This document shows positions 26,355 through 35,534 of a stretch of DNA of 45,689 bases, piece after piece. Below the pieces are notes generated by a model that saw only the letters and a program-made list of their open reading frames with translations, was not told where the DNA came from and ran no database searches. The stretch is from a virus (Duplodnaviria > Caudoviricetes), in the IMG/VR virus record IMGVR_UViG_3300009095_000002, positions 1 through 45,689 of that record. The stretch is one strand, 5' to 3'. Made by a program: the position numbers and the translations under genes. How positions within the stretch are numbered: position 1 is the stretch's first letter; the number at the start of each line of letters is the position of its first letter.

Positions 26355-29002
26355 TTTCTAATTCCTCCTTTCCTTGTCTTACGTGCAATCTGATCAGCTA
26401 AGTAGTCAGCATTTTTAATGTTTACTGCATTGTTTTTCCTCGTGATACTTTCCAAGTATGATAAATCCACTCCATTATGAGCCAATGATTTTAATATATT
26501 CTCAGCCGTGCTTTGTCTTCTCATCTCAAACGCCTCTTTTTCTGCCTTGGCTCTTCTTAATGCCGGGGCAACATATTTTTTTGAAATATATTTATCAAAC
26601 TTATCCTCGTGTATTGCAGTAATTGCGTTAGCATGCTTTCTAACAGATTTACGATTATGAACAAACTCGCCCCCTTCTAATTCAGCCATTACGCCGCCTT
26701 CTGAATGTCTCTTTCCTTTAACCGGACCACCCTTTTCAAATTTAGGGATAGGCTGAGACCTAACAACAGCCGCTTCAATTGCCCCCTGAGCTGCCACAAA
26801 TGCTGAGAAGGGCAACCCATAAGTTGTAGGGCTTGATGCAACAGCTTTAATTATACCGAAAGCCGTTTCAATGCCGATTTGCGTTAACTTTGCGTTACGA
26901 TCAGCTATAAATTGCTGTCTCTTTAGGGCTGATTCTCTCCGTGCAGCTTCCTGCCTAATTCGCTCCTTCTGAGTTGCGGCAACTTCTTCTGAGATAAGAT
27001 TAGCTCTTAATTGCTTCTCTATGCTTGCGGTTTGAAAGTCTGCGGTTCTCTGTATCTGCTCTCTTTCTGAGTCATACTTAGCTTGTATCCTTGCCGTCTC
27101 GGCCTCGTTATATGCTTCAACGCCTTTTTGAGCCAGATCCGCAACCTGAACCAGCTTCTTAGCATTTTCCTCCCTCTTCTTTCTCTTATCGTCTTCCGCC
27201 TTATTCGCTGCATCTACGTCTAGTTGATATAATTTTTCTTTTGCTTCTAAAATATCACGTTCAGTGTCAAGAGTACTATCGCCATATAACTTCTGAAGCT
27301 GCATTTTAGATTCAAGGTGCTGAATTTCGCCCAATAGATCATCTCTCTGAAATTGCTTCTGAAGATTTTCAATGGCTTTTCTGTCATTGCCTATTTGCTG
27401 CAGTTCGCCAAGTTGCAGCTCCTTAGATAGATTTTCTTCCTGCTTTTTAAGATCTTCAAGCTCTTTGAATCTCTCAACCTTTATTTTTTCTCTGACTTGC
27501 TTTCTGGTTGTTTCACGCTTCTTTTCTTCATTGGCCAGGAATAAGGTATATTCTTTTTCAAGCTCTTCCTCTCTAAGTTTTAAGCTCTTGTATTCAACCT
27601 CCTGGGTTTTGGCGTATCGCTTATACAAGTTAATGCGCCTTTGATTGAAATCTTCGTGAACCTTGATTATTTGCCCCTCTGTGCCATCTTCTAATTTAAC
27701 ACGTCTAACAGCTATGTCTTCAAGAGCCTTAAGTGTATCAAGCTGCTTCTTAAACTCTTTATCAATTTCCTCCTGAGACTTTACGACTGGCTTGCTCTTT
27801 TCAACCAATGATTTATATCTTTCCTCTAACTGTCTAATTACAATAAGATTAGCATTTATAGTTTTTCTTAAATCGTCATTTTTCTTAGTGTACTCTTCAA
27901 CTGTCTTCTGACTGGATGTAGTCGTGAAGCCTAGAGAACTTAACCCCTTATCCCACAGACTTGCATTTTCTTTAGCTGAAACAATCGTTGAGTTATTTCG
28001 GTCAAACGAAACGTCTAATTTGTCGGTCTCTTCTCTTAACCTGGCTATCTCCGCCGTTACCTTGCTCATCTGGTCGGCAATTGGTAATTTGCCCCAGTCC
28101 TCATAAGTATTTAATAGTTCATTGGCTGCGGTATTATACTCACGTTGTGAGGCCTGGAAGTCGTTTTCCTGAAATTCCCTGATAACTCTTACTGCATCAC
28201 TAACTAACGAAATAAAATTGCTAAACCCGTTCGAAGCTTGCCCTCCTATAGTTTTTGCTAGTTGGTCGAACTCATCATCAAGATTTGAAAGTTGACCTCC
28301 AAGGGTTTTAGATATTGCTTCCATTGATCCTGAAACCCCTTGAATATCTCCGAGAGAAAGGATATAGTTCTGAATTGCATCTGACGTAAAATCAACTTGC
28401 GTTTTTATGCCTTTGAACGCAAAAGTAACTTTATCCCCCTCTTTGCTGGCTCTAATATTAAACTCTTTTAAACGCTCAAACTCTCCCGTTTGAGCATCAA
28501 TAATAGCTTCTGCCAACTGGTCGAATGACTTGCCGGTGCTTGATGCCAAATCACCTAACTTTCTAAGCTCTGATATAGTAGGCTTAAACCCTGAGTTCGC
28601 AAGTTTTACAAACGCTTGGGTAAGCTCAGTAACGCCATAAGGAGTAACGGCGGCAAATTCTTGGATGTCTAAAAGTGCCTTCTGTGCAAGACTTGAATCG
28701 CCTAATGTATTTGTAAGTACGGCTTCTAGCTTCTGAAATTCAGCAGTAACATCACGTACGTGCTTAGCATAACTAAGCAGTGTTGACACGGTAAAATAGC
28801 CAGCGATAGCACCACCAACTTTCTTAAGCGTATTATTAAGATTGTTCGATTCTTTCTCAACGTTCTTGAAGCTCTTAACTACATTGTCAGAGGATTTCTT
28901 CGCGGCATCGTCAACACCACGCATCCCCTTTTCAATGTCTTTAAGCTCCTTCTCCAGCTTGTCAATTCTGGCTCCGTACTCAACTATTATTTGATCTGCC
29001 AC
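26351..29002 (-). CDS. Tape measure protein
   Basis: DIQEFAAVTPYGVTELTQAFVKL tape-measure domain; long coiled coil; SQPIPKFEKGG...GGEFV C-terminus. Confidence 0.9.
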   Translation of the reverse strand: MADQIIVEYGARIDKLEKELKDIEKGMRGVDDAAKKSSDNVVKSFKNVEKESNNLNNTLKKVGGAIAGYFTVSTLLSYAKHVRDVTAEFQKLEAVLTNTLGDSSLAQKALLDIQEFAAVTPYGVTELTQAFVKLANSGFKPTISELRKLGDLASSTGKSFDQLAEAIIDAQTGEFERLKEFNIRASKEGDKVTFAFKGIKTQVDFTSDAIQNYILSLGDIQGVSGSMEAISKTLGGQLSNLDDEFDQLAKTIGGQASNGFSNFISLVSDAVRVIREFQENDFQASQREYNTAANELLNTYEDWGKLPIADQMSKVTAEIARLREETDKLDVSFDRNNSTIVSAKENASLWDKGLSSLGFTTTSSQKTVEEYTKKNDDLRKTINANLIVIRQLEERYKSLVEKSKPVVKSQEEIDKEFKKQLDTLKALEDIAVRRVKLEDGTEGQIIKVHEDFNQRRINLYKRYAKTQEVEYKSLKLREEELEKEYTLFLANEEKKRETTRKQVREKIKVERFKELEDLKKQEENLSKELQLGELQQIGNDRKAIENLQKQFQRDDLLGEIQHLESKMQLQKLYGDSTLDTERDILEAKEKLYQLDVDAANKAEDDKRKKREENAKKLVQVADLAQKGVEAYNEAETARIQAKYDSEREQIQRTADFQTASIEKQLRANLISEEVAATQKERIRQEAARRESALKRQQFIADRNAKLTQIGIETAFGIIKAVASSPTTYGLPFSAFVAAQGAIEAAVVRSQPIPKFEKGGPVKGKRHSEGGVMAELEGGEFVHNRKSVRKHANAITAIHEDKFDKYISKKYVAPALRRAKAEKEAFEMRRQSTAENILKSLAHNGVDLSYLESITRKNNAVNIKNADYLADQIARKTRKGGIRK

Positions 29003-29285
29003 GGTTATTAATTTGCTCTACAGTGTACTTTAGTAATGATAAATATTGCCGTGTTGTGTATCTTCTTATTCGCTCTATTTCAGCAGGACTCCCACTTGCT
29101 AACCAAAATATTTCCTCTTCATCATGCTCTCTTGACTTTACAAGCTCAACTTTGAAATAATTGATTTTATTTGTGTCTCTTTCGCCTTCAATTGAACTAT
29201 CGACTCCTGCCAAAATTCTTGAAATTCGCTCTCTAACGATTTTAAGAAAGGCAACACATCCGTCAACCTTGCTTTGTAAAAAAAA
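28980..29285 (-). CDS. Tail assembly chaperone T segment (putative -1 frameshift product)
   Basis: -1 frame is open from the T8 run at 29278-29285 to the stop at 28980. Confidence 0.5.
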   Translation of the reverse strand, partial: FFLQSKVDGCVAFLKIVRERISRILAGVDSSIEGERDTNKINYFKVELVKSREHDEEEIFWLASGSPAEIERIRRYTTRQYLSLLKYTVEQINNRGRSNNS

Positions 29286-29758
29286 TCGTACAGCCCCTCC
29301 TTGCTGTCTTTGCGGAATTGCTCTACCTTATCTGCATGGATATTCTTGTCAATGACTGCCGGGTCTTCATCTTCTCTGATATACTTAAATGCAACCATAT
29401 CAAACATTACATCAGGATGAAGCCATATTTTAGATCTTGCCTCTAGCTCGTTTATCAAATGGCCGATTACTGCCACGTCTGGCCTTTTGCCGTTGTTTAA
29501 TGCGGCCTTAACTGCGATTATAAAATCTTCCACATACGAATCATCCAGGCCAAATTTAACCCCCATTAGTCGTCTCTGAATTTCCTGTGTTCTTACATGA
29601 GGCAAATCCAAATCCTTGTCAGGGCTGAAATATCTCCTACCTTCAGAATCGACAAACTGAACTTTCATGTTCTCAAACCCGGCACTGGTTGACTGTTCAG
29701 TAAAGTATATCTTCAATATCTGTTTCCTGAACAGGCGGTAAAACAGCTTAATTATCAT
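29138..29758 (-). CDS. Tail assembly chaperone (putative G)
   Basis: Upstream of the tape measure gene; contains GAT TTT TTT TAC. Confidence 0.55.
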   Translation of the reverse strand: MIIKLFYRLFRKQILKIYFTEQSTSAGFENMKVQFVDSEGRRYFSPDKDLDLPHVRTQEIQRRLMGVKFGLDDSYVEDFIIAVKAALNNGKRPDVAVIGHLINELEARSKIWLHPDVMFDMVAFKYIREDEDPAVIDKNIHADKVEQFRKDSKEGLYDFFYKARLTDVLPFLKSLESEFQEFWQESIVQLKAKETQIKSIISKLSL

Positions 29759-30068
29759 AATGAATTTTATTGTAAATAAATAGATTTACTCCAGAAGAGG
29801 CAATAATAACAAATGGACATAACAGCAGGCTATATAGAGTCGGCTCTGCCAATACCCAGTAAATAATTGACCCCCAGAATGAGGCATAGCATACAACGCA
29901 ACCAATTATAGGATTGTAAATAAATCGTAATTTATGTTCCTCGTGAAACGTTTCATTCATCCAGGTTCTGAATGGAGACAAAACATAACCTTCACTTGAG
30001 ATAAGAGCAAGTCCATTACAGAAGAGTGAAATGAATAATATTTCTAAGAGTATATTAAGCATCGACAT
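29748..30068 (-). CDS. Membrane protein with CxxC (DUF1360-like)
   Basis: Three hydrophobic segments; PIIGCVVCYASFWG. Confidence 0.65.
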   Translation of the reverse strand: MSMLNILLEILFISLFCNGLALISSEGYVLSPFRTWMNETFHEEHKLRFIYNPIIGCVVCYASFWGSIIYWVLAEPTLYSLLLCPFVIIASSGVNLFIYNKIHYDN

Positions 30069-30426
30069 CCATTTTAAGTACCCAAGTTGTAGCCTCTAAT
30101 CCGTGAACATCTTCGAAATAAACGCCTATACAATCATACTCTAAATCGCCTATTGTGACAGGCAAAACATTATGATCACCATCGTAAACAGTTATTTCAT
30201 AGTAAGAGTCTTTGTTGTAGAATTCTCCGCTTGGATCTCTCAAGTTAAGTATAACCAATCCGGTGTCTTCATTCGCTGGAATTGTCTGGTCACATTGATA
30301 TCCGGTTGATTTATTTACAACTCTTATATTCCCGAAAGGCTCAGGAAATACTATGGGGATAGTGCCTAAAATTAGGTAATCTAAACACGTAGGAACTTTT
30401 TGCGCTATTTGACAGATACAGGACAT
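30055..30426 (-). CDS. Hypothetical structural protein
   Basis: First gene after the late promoter; acidic, Cys-rich N-terminus. Confidence 0.65.
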   Translation of the reverse strand: MSCICQIAQKVPTCLDYLILGTIPIVFPEPFGNIRVVNKSTGYQCDQTIPANEDTGLVILNLRDPSGEFYNKDSYYEITVYDGDHNVLPVTIGDLEYDCIGVYFEDVHGLEATTWVLKMDVDA

Positions 30427-30440
30427 TTGGCGTTTGGTTT

Positions 30441-30510
30441 ACCTCCTTATTATCTGCCTGAGAGTGGGCAACTATCGTAAATATAATAATTTGCGTATAA
30501 TTTACAAAAA
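30441..30510 (-). promoter_or_regulatory. Late promoter followed immediately by AGUUGCC..GGCA leader motif
   Basis: TTTG-N19-TATATTTA (30478-30508); AGUUGCC-CACUCUCA-GGCA-GAUAAUAA-GGAGGU (30473-30441). Confidence 0.6.
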
Positions 30511-30514
30511 ATGT

Positions 30515-32812
30515 TTATCGCCCTGATTTCTGGTGAACATCAATCCATTTTCTTAAGAAAGTATTTATTCCGTAGCGTTCGCAATTATGTACCAAAATAT
30601 TATTAGCATAAAAGCAATGTTCGTCCTCAACAGTTATGTCATACACTTGCTGAACTCCTATTTTTTTTGCCTCTACTACCGTTAGGGTTTGGTGTTGGCC
30701 TACATTCTGCAGAACAAAACCTTCTTTTGTTGTATTTTTGTGTAATAAATTCGCATCTACAATTTTCGCATATTGCTTTAATTGGATCTCCCCCTGATAG
30801 TCTTCTGTGTTTTGATTTACACAAATTCGAACAGAACCTTTGCCTGAAGCTTGCCTTTTTAAATTCAATTTGACAGCAATCGCACTTATGAAAGCCGTAA
30901 TCCCTGACCCCAAACCCACGCTCTTTCCCATGTTTACTATGCCACCTTTTACCCTCTTCTGAACCATGCCATTCCTTCGCATGCTCTCTTCCGATTTCTG
31001 CAAGTGTAATAAATCTAACTGGGTCTTCCTTTGCTCGATTCTTTCCGTGATATTTACTATGCTCTGATCGTTCAACCAATTCAAGGTTATCAATCGTGTT
31101 GTTATAAGCATTATGGTCTTTGTGATGAACTTGATACCCTTCTGGAATTTCTCCGTAATTATCAAACCAAATCTGCCTATGTAGCGACCTTGAATATCTT
31201 TCACCCTTTCTTGATGAATAGTAATATTTTTGTTTTGGGTGCTTGTAATATGAAATCCCGTTGTATTTAATGACCTCTTGCATACTGATTTACTTTCTGT
31301 AAATATACGCAATATCTCGCACCATCCGTAATTATGAGCATAGAATTTATGGCCTTTCGTACACTTTATTTTTTCACCATTTGAAAAAGTAAATTCATAT
31401 ACTTCTGCTGTCGAACTCCAATTGTCTATTACTTTTTTATACCCATTTTTTGTCAAAACATAATCTCCAATAGCTATATTTTCAATTATCTTTTGTCCGT
31501 TAATAGTGGTTATCTCTGTATCTCCTGTGAAGCAGTCTAAATAATCGGCTCTCTGCGTTAAGTCATTTCTGTTACGCTTCAGTATCTCTCCAAATGCATC
31601 ACATTGAACCGTTCTCATATCTCGGCAGGTATTAGGACATGTTTCTGGATTTATTTTATAGTCTGGAAAATTTGCCAAAACATAGTTAACGTCTGAACTA
31701 GAATTATCATGCTGTGGATTTGGCTTTACTCTAAGCTGTGTATCAGACAATCTTAACGCTCTTTTGATCTGAAGGTAATAACTTGCGTTATCTTTTTGCG
31801 ATAATTGCTTTGCTGTACCCCAGTGATCTCCAGTAATAATGCAGTTATGTAGATATGCTCCATATTTAGCCTTCAACAATTCTATCATTGCGGGGATAGA
31901 CCCATGCTTTATTTCTGCCTCATCAAATGTGTGATAATGTTCTCCCTCTGAGTCTCTCCACATGTGAGAAAAATTAACTGCAAACGGTGTCAAGTTGAAG
32001 TCTATTTTTATCAAAATTTGCTTATCTGGCCTAAATATAGCAGCTCTAGACTCATGCTTACTTGCATTGTATTGATGCGCAAATGGGCTTAGGACCTCTC
32101 TTTCTGCTTCCCAATCTCCATATAGTAGCCTTTTCTTGTCATAATCAGAAGTCATTTTATTCAACTGCTCAATATAGAGCTGCCTAAATGCCTCATCTGG
32201 ATTGTCGGTTGGCAATGCCTGAACGAACTTCTGATAGGGAGCAAGAATTACAGGTTTTGCATTTTTGTCCAAAACAAACCTCTCCTTCACCCAGCCAGGA
32301 CCAGGGTTGCAAGTAATTAAAGTTTTTGGCTTTAGCCCGAATTCTGCAATCTTCCATCTAAGACGGCTATTTACGATTTCAAAAGCTTTCTGAGTTATTT
32401 CTGTAGCCTCATCAATGAATGCGTCTGTATATTCGGTAGAACCTAGCGAGGTAAAATCAGGGTCAGAAGGGTAATATTTTAAATCCTTAAATACAGTCTT
32501 GCTGTCATTCTTCCAAGTAACAGTATGGTCTTGCCCATTATATTTGAAGTCAATCCCGGCACGATAACCCATGTCGGCACATGTCTTAAAAAATGTGATA
32601 AGGGTTGATTCTTTAAGGGCCGATAATTCAGCCCTTCCAATAAGCCCACGTGAATTTGGATATGTCGTACGCCTGTAAATATGCCAAATACAACCAAGCC
32701 AACTTTTACCCCCTCCTGCTGCCCCTCCATATCCTATCTCAGTAGTCTCGTTATCTTCTAAATATTTCCAGGCTAATGTTTGCTTTTTACTTAACTTAAT
32801 CCTCTTGCTCAC
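30515..32812 (-). CDS. terL: Terminase large subunit with intein (mature protein about 448 aa)
   Basis: YGGAAGGGKS Walker A, FIDEA Walker B, TCNPG, IDFN nuclease motif; spliced C-terminus reads ADYLD|CERYG. Confidence 0.95.
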   Translation of the reverse strand: MSKRIKLSKKQTLAWKYLEDNETTEIGYGGAAGGGKSWLGCIWHIYRRTTYPNSRGLIGRAELSALKESTLITFFKTCADMGYRAGIDFKYNGQDHTVTWKNDSKTVFKDLKYYPSDPDFTSLGSTEYTDAFIDEATEITQKAFEIVNSRLRWKIAEFGLKPKTLITCNPGPGWVKERFVLDKNAKPVILAPYQKFVQALPTDNPDEAFRQLYIEQLNKMTSDYDKKRLLYGDWEAEREVLSPFAHQYNASKHESRAAIFRPDKQILIKIDFNLTPFAVNFSHMWRDSEGEHYHTFDEAEIKHGSIPAMIELLKAKYGAYLHNCIITGDHWGTAKQLSQKDNASYYLQIKRALRLSDTQLRVKPNPQHDNSSSDVNYVLANFPDYKINPETCPNTCRDMRTVQCDAFGEILKRNRNDLTQRADYLDCFTGDTEITTINGQKIIENIAIGDYVLTKNGYKKVIDNWSSTAEVYEFTFSNGEKIKCTKGHKFYAHNYGWCEILRIFTESKSVCKRSLNTTGFHITSTQNKNITIHQERVKDIQGRYIGRFGLIITEKFQKGIKFITKTIMLITTRLITLNWLNDQSIVNITERIEQRKTQLDLLHLQKSEESMRRNGMVQKRVKGGIVNMGKSVGLGSGITAFISAIAVKLNLKRQASGKGSVRICVNQNTEDYQGEIQLKQYAKIVDANLLHKNTTKEGFVLQNVGQHQTLTVVEAKKIGVQQVYDITVEDEHCFYANNILVHNCERYGINTFLRKWIDVHQKSGR
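30584..31534 (-). mobile_element. Intein (317 aa) in TerL nuclease motif
   Basis: Block A CFTGDTEITT, block B IKCTKGHKF, block F VYDITVEDEHCFYANN, block G LVHN|C. Confidence 0.95.
30639..31283 (-). CDS. HNH homing endonuclease, overprinted in the -1 frame inside the intein
   Basis: SLHRQIW...GEIPEGYQVHHKDHNAYNNTIDNLEL..SEHSKYH plus two CxxC..FCSxxC zinc modules. Confidence 0.93.
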   Translation of the reverse strand: MQEVIKYNGISYYKHPKQKYYYSSRKGERYSRSLHRQIWFDNYGEIPEGYQVHHKDHNAYNNTIDNLELVERSEHSKYHGKNRAKEDPVRFITLAEIGREHAKEWHGSEEGKRWHSKHGKERGFGVRDYGFHKCDCCQIEFKKASFRQRFCSNLCKSKHRRLSGGDPIKAICENCRCEFITQKYNKRRFCSAECRPTPNPNGSRGKKNRSSASV

Positions 32813-33278
32813 TATTATCCAAAATGATTATTGGAGCAGGAATGTTAATCGTCTGGTCTATTTCCTGCTTGTCTCTTAGCCCTAGATCTCTGGCAATTAT
32901 ATTAGAGTTAAAGAACCCTGATGCAGCCCCAGAGAACTTTTGATTGTATATAACATCTTCTATACGCGTAATGATTGCGGAAAAATCTTCATCGCACGTT
33001 TTTTTAAAGTCGCTGAAATACCGAGTATTACAATCTAAATACTGGCAAAGCCCCTGCATTGTAAATGGCCTCATAACGGGAATATCAATCAGCCTAACAT
33101 CTGATTGGTAATCTCCTATATTTACAACTTTAGCCTCTGATTTATAAAATGGATTATCGATGCACCATTGAAAATACTCACATGCCGCATCCCACATTAA
33201 TTCAGGTGTTGCGAATAAAATGTCTCTTCCATGCTTGCTTCTTAATTTCCAAAACTGATTCCCTGCTGGTGCTGCCAT
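32796..33278 (-). CDS. terS: Terminase small subunit (P22 gp3-like)
   Basis: MAAPAGNQFWKLRSKHGR...ACEYFQWC...IYNQKFSGAASG..NIIARDLGL. Confidence 0.93.
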   Translation of the reverse strand: MAAPAGNQFWKLRSKHGRDILFATPELMWDAACEYFQWCIDNPFYKSEAKVVNIGDYQSDVRLIDIPVMRPFTMQGLCQYLDCNTRYFSDFKKTCDEDFSAIITRIEDVIYNQKFSGAASGFFNSNIIARDLGLRDKQEIDQTINIPAPIIILDNSEQED

Positions 33279-33312
33279 AATTCACTTCTAATTAGTGTAC
33301 TTCATACACAAT

Positions 33313-33921
33313 TTAGGAATTTTTATAATATTTCCAAAACGAAACTTCATTCCAATCGAAATACATCTGATCCCACTCCGGCAAATACCACCTCATTTTA
33401 CATTGAATAGTGTCGAAAAACAAAAAACCTGTTGTTGGCTGTCCGCATCTACTCAATGTTAGCGGCTGAGATTTTGGGAACGAATCTTCTATACCCTCAA
33501 CATGCTCAAAATTATTAAGATCTGGGATACGATCCCTTACCAAAATCCATTCTTGAACATTTAAAGCATCGTTTATTATGGTATGATCGCACTCAAGCTG
33601 CGTGGAAAAGCTATCAATTATTTTTCCCCACCTCTCATTTTCTGACTCTTTATCCCTGGTATTTTGTTCAATGTGTTTGATATAATCGCTTATGACATCT
33701 TTCTTATAATTTAGAATTGTCAATTTTGCTTCCATTACGCTTGATCCTGTGAGCGGGCTCCATTCTTCAAATTTGATGGGGGTCGGGAATTGCGGTTCAG
33801 GTGCATTTAAAATATGACCTTGTGCTTTGGATTCAGTTCCTCTGAGCTCATATTCAATTACACACTCTTTTCTCTGCTGTGCCAATAGCTCCTTTACTTG
33901 CTCTTCTGTGTATAGTTTCAT
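33313..33921 (-). CDS. Hypothetical protein
   Basis: 202-aa ORF. Confidence 0.7.
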   Translation of the reverse strand: MKLYTEEQVKELLAQQRKECVIEYELRGTESKAQGHILNAPEPQFPTPIKFEEWSPLTGSSVMEAKLTILNYKKDVISDYIKHIEQNTRDKESENERWGKIIDSFSTQLECDHTIINDALNVQEWILVRDRIPDLNNFEHVEGIEDSFPKSQPLTLSRCGQPTTGFLFFDTIQCKMRWYLPEWDQMYFDWNEVSFWKYYKNS

Positions 33922-33932
33922 GAATTTATTCT

Positions 33933-34127
33933 TTAGGTGCGTTCTGGTAATGGTTGCCAGTGGGTTACTTCATCTTCAGGATAAACAAAGTAATTCTCAT
34001 CTGACCATTCATTTGGCAAATAGAATTCTAAAATCTCTATGTTCCCATAAGCAATTACAAGGTATCGACCTTCCTCCTCCGGTAGCCTATCAGATACCTT
34101 TATCCACTTGCTTTCAGTGTTTTCCAT
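33933..34127 (-). CDS. DUF551-like protein
   Basis: WIKVSDRLPE...VTHWQPLPE. Confidence 0.85.
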   Translation of the reverse strand: MENTESKWIKVSDRLPEEEGRYLVIAYGNIEILEFYLPNEWSDENYFVYPEDEVTHWQPLPERT

Positions 34128-34137
34128 TTGTGTTGTA

Positions 34138-34536
34138 TCAGTTTAGGAATTGAACTACTGCTTTAAATACAGCGAGTTTTTTAGTTGTTTCTTTTACTAC
34201 ACAAAAATGCGCACCTTCCTTGTCCGATTCAAAAGGAACTCTATAAATAAGACACGTATCTTTTTCTATCCTGACCCAATACCCTAAACTCTCTATCTTT
34301 TCTACTACAGGCATCAAAACATTCCAATCAGTATTATAATAAAGCTTCTTCATTTCTGGGTAAGCTTTACTACCTAAAAGATAAGGCGATGAATCAATAA
34401 GCGCTTGGCATTCTTCTTTAGTATTTCTATAAGAATTAAAATGCGTATCTCCATCATTCCAAGTTGGCGCCCAAATAGGCTCTCCCATAAACTCGGCTAT
34501 GATCCTGTTACCTTCTTTTATCTCTTCCTGTGTCAT
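34138..34536 (-). CDS. Conserved phage hypothetical protein
   Basis: NRIIAEFMG...YNTDWNVLMPVVEKIE; likely start MTQEE. Confidence 0.7.
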   Translation of the reverse strand: MTQEEIKEGNRIIAEFMGEPIWAPTWNDGDTHFNSYRNTKEECQALIDSSPYLLGSKAYPEMKKLYYNTDWNVLMPVVEKIESLGYWVRIEKDTCLIYRVPFESDKEGAHFCVVKETTKKLAVFKAVVQFLN

Positions 34537-34631
34537 TTCCTTACTATAAATATATACAAAAGTATTAGTCCATATCCGCATGCCATTATCCCCAGCAGCT
34601 CTTTGAGGTTTTGTCCTATCTCTTTCATGGC

Positions 34632-34919
34632 CTACATATTAGCAGTTGAACAAAATAATTCAGGAGTTTTAGCTTCGGCCATGTATTCGCCGAAGGTCAT
34701 CAGAGGAGCATAATTGCCGTCAAGATCCATAATAGATTCATCATCAAAGATCGTGTATTTATCCCATTCACCTTTTGGAATCTCTTTAATATCATCAGTA
34801 TGATCCAGATCTTCAAAAAGCATATCATGAGTTTTCAAAAGCACATGAATTGCTTCAATAGTCGTAGAGGCACAAACATATTCTATTTCTCCATTTACAT
34901 TAAACTTATAAACGTTCAT
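34632..34919 (-). CDS. Hypothetical protein
   Basis: 95-aa ORF. Confidence 0.7.
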   Translation of the reverse strand: MNVYKFNVNGEIEYVCASTTIEAIHVLLKTHDMLFEDLDHTDDIKEIPKGEWDKYTIFDDESIMDLDGNYAPLMTFGEYMAEAKTPELFCSTANM

Positions 34920-34939
34920 TTATTCTCCTTTCTGTTGTT

Positions 34940-35404
34940 TTAAAGTAAATTAATTATCTCTTCAAGCTCATCTCTAAACTCTGAGGCCATTATTCTCATC
35001 GAGGAAACTCGTGTCTTGTCCTTTGCAAAGGAATTATACTTTTCCTTAAGATTTTTTAGTTGACGAACTACCTTATCATCTGGAACACTTGCCTTCTTAC
35101 CTTTTAAATGAAATTCAATCTCTTGCTTTAGTTTTACCTTATAAGCTATCTCTTCATTTATTTTTCGAATCTTCATTTCAATCTGATTAGCTTCTGTCTT
35201 GAGCTTTTGACGATCATCTTTAATTTTATAAAACTCTGTTCCACCAAACTCAACCTTATTGTATTTATTAGCCAAAATAGAAAGTGAGCCCTCTACACTA
35301 ATTTTACTTCCGATTAACTTTTGCTTGTTGGCCTTTAGCTCTATAATCTTTTCATCCAGATTAAAAAGGTCCTTTGCGGTTGGATTGAACTCTGTAGTTT
35401 CCAT
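34940..35404 (-). CDS. Hypothetical coiled-coil protein
   Basis: 154-aa ORF. Confidence 0.7.
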   Translation of the reverse strand: METTEFNPTAKDLFNLDEKIIELKANKQKLIGSKISVEGSLSILANKYNKVEFGGTEFYKIKDDRQKLKTEANQIEMKIRKINEEIAYKVKLKQEIEFHLKGKKASVPDDKVVRQLKNLKEKYNSFAKDKTRVSSMRIMASEFRDELEEIINLL

Positions 35405-35534
35405 TATGTATCAGTTTTATTTCTTCTCTAATCATTTTCTCCTGGGTGTCGTCCCACCTTAATAAATATATTTTTCCTTCCTGGTGGTGGGTTATCTCTC
35501 CGTACTTTCGGCAGGCTCGCTCTAGGCCGGTCAT
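35361..35534 (-). CDS. Hypothetical 57-aa protein (not in ORF track)
   Basis: MTGLERACRKYGEI...; TAATG coupling to the upstream gene. Confidence 0.5.
   Translation of the reverse strand: MTGLERACRKYGEITHHQEGKIYLLRWDDTQEKMIREEIKLIHNGNYRVQSNRKGPF

Noticed and set aside
30639-31283. Group I intron or split-intein explanation for the HNH gene
   Set aside because: The TerL/intein frame has no stop and all splicing blocks are on one polypeptide, so neither RNA splicing nor trans-splicing is required
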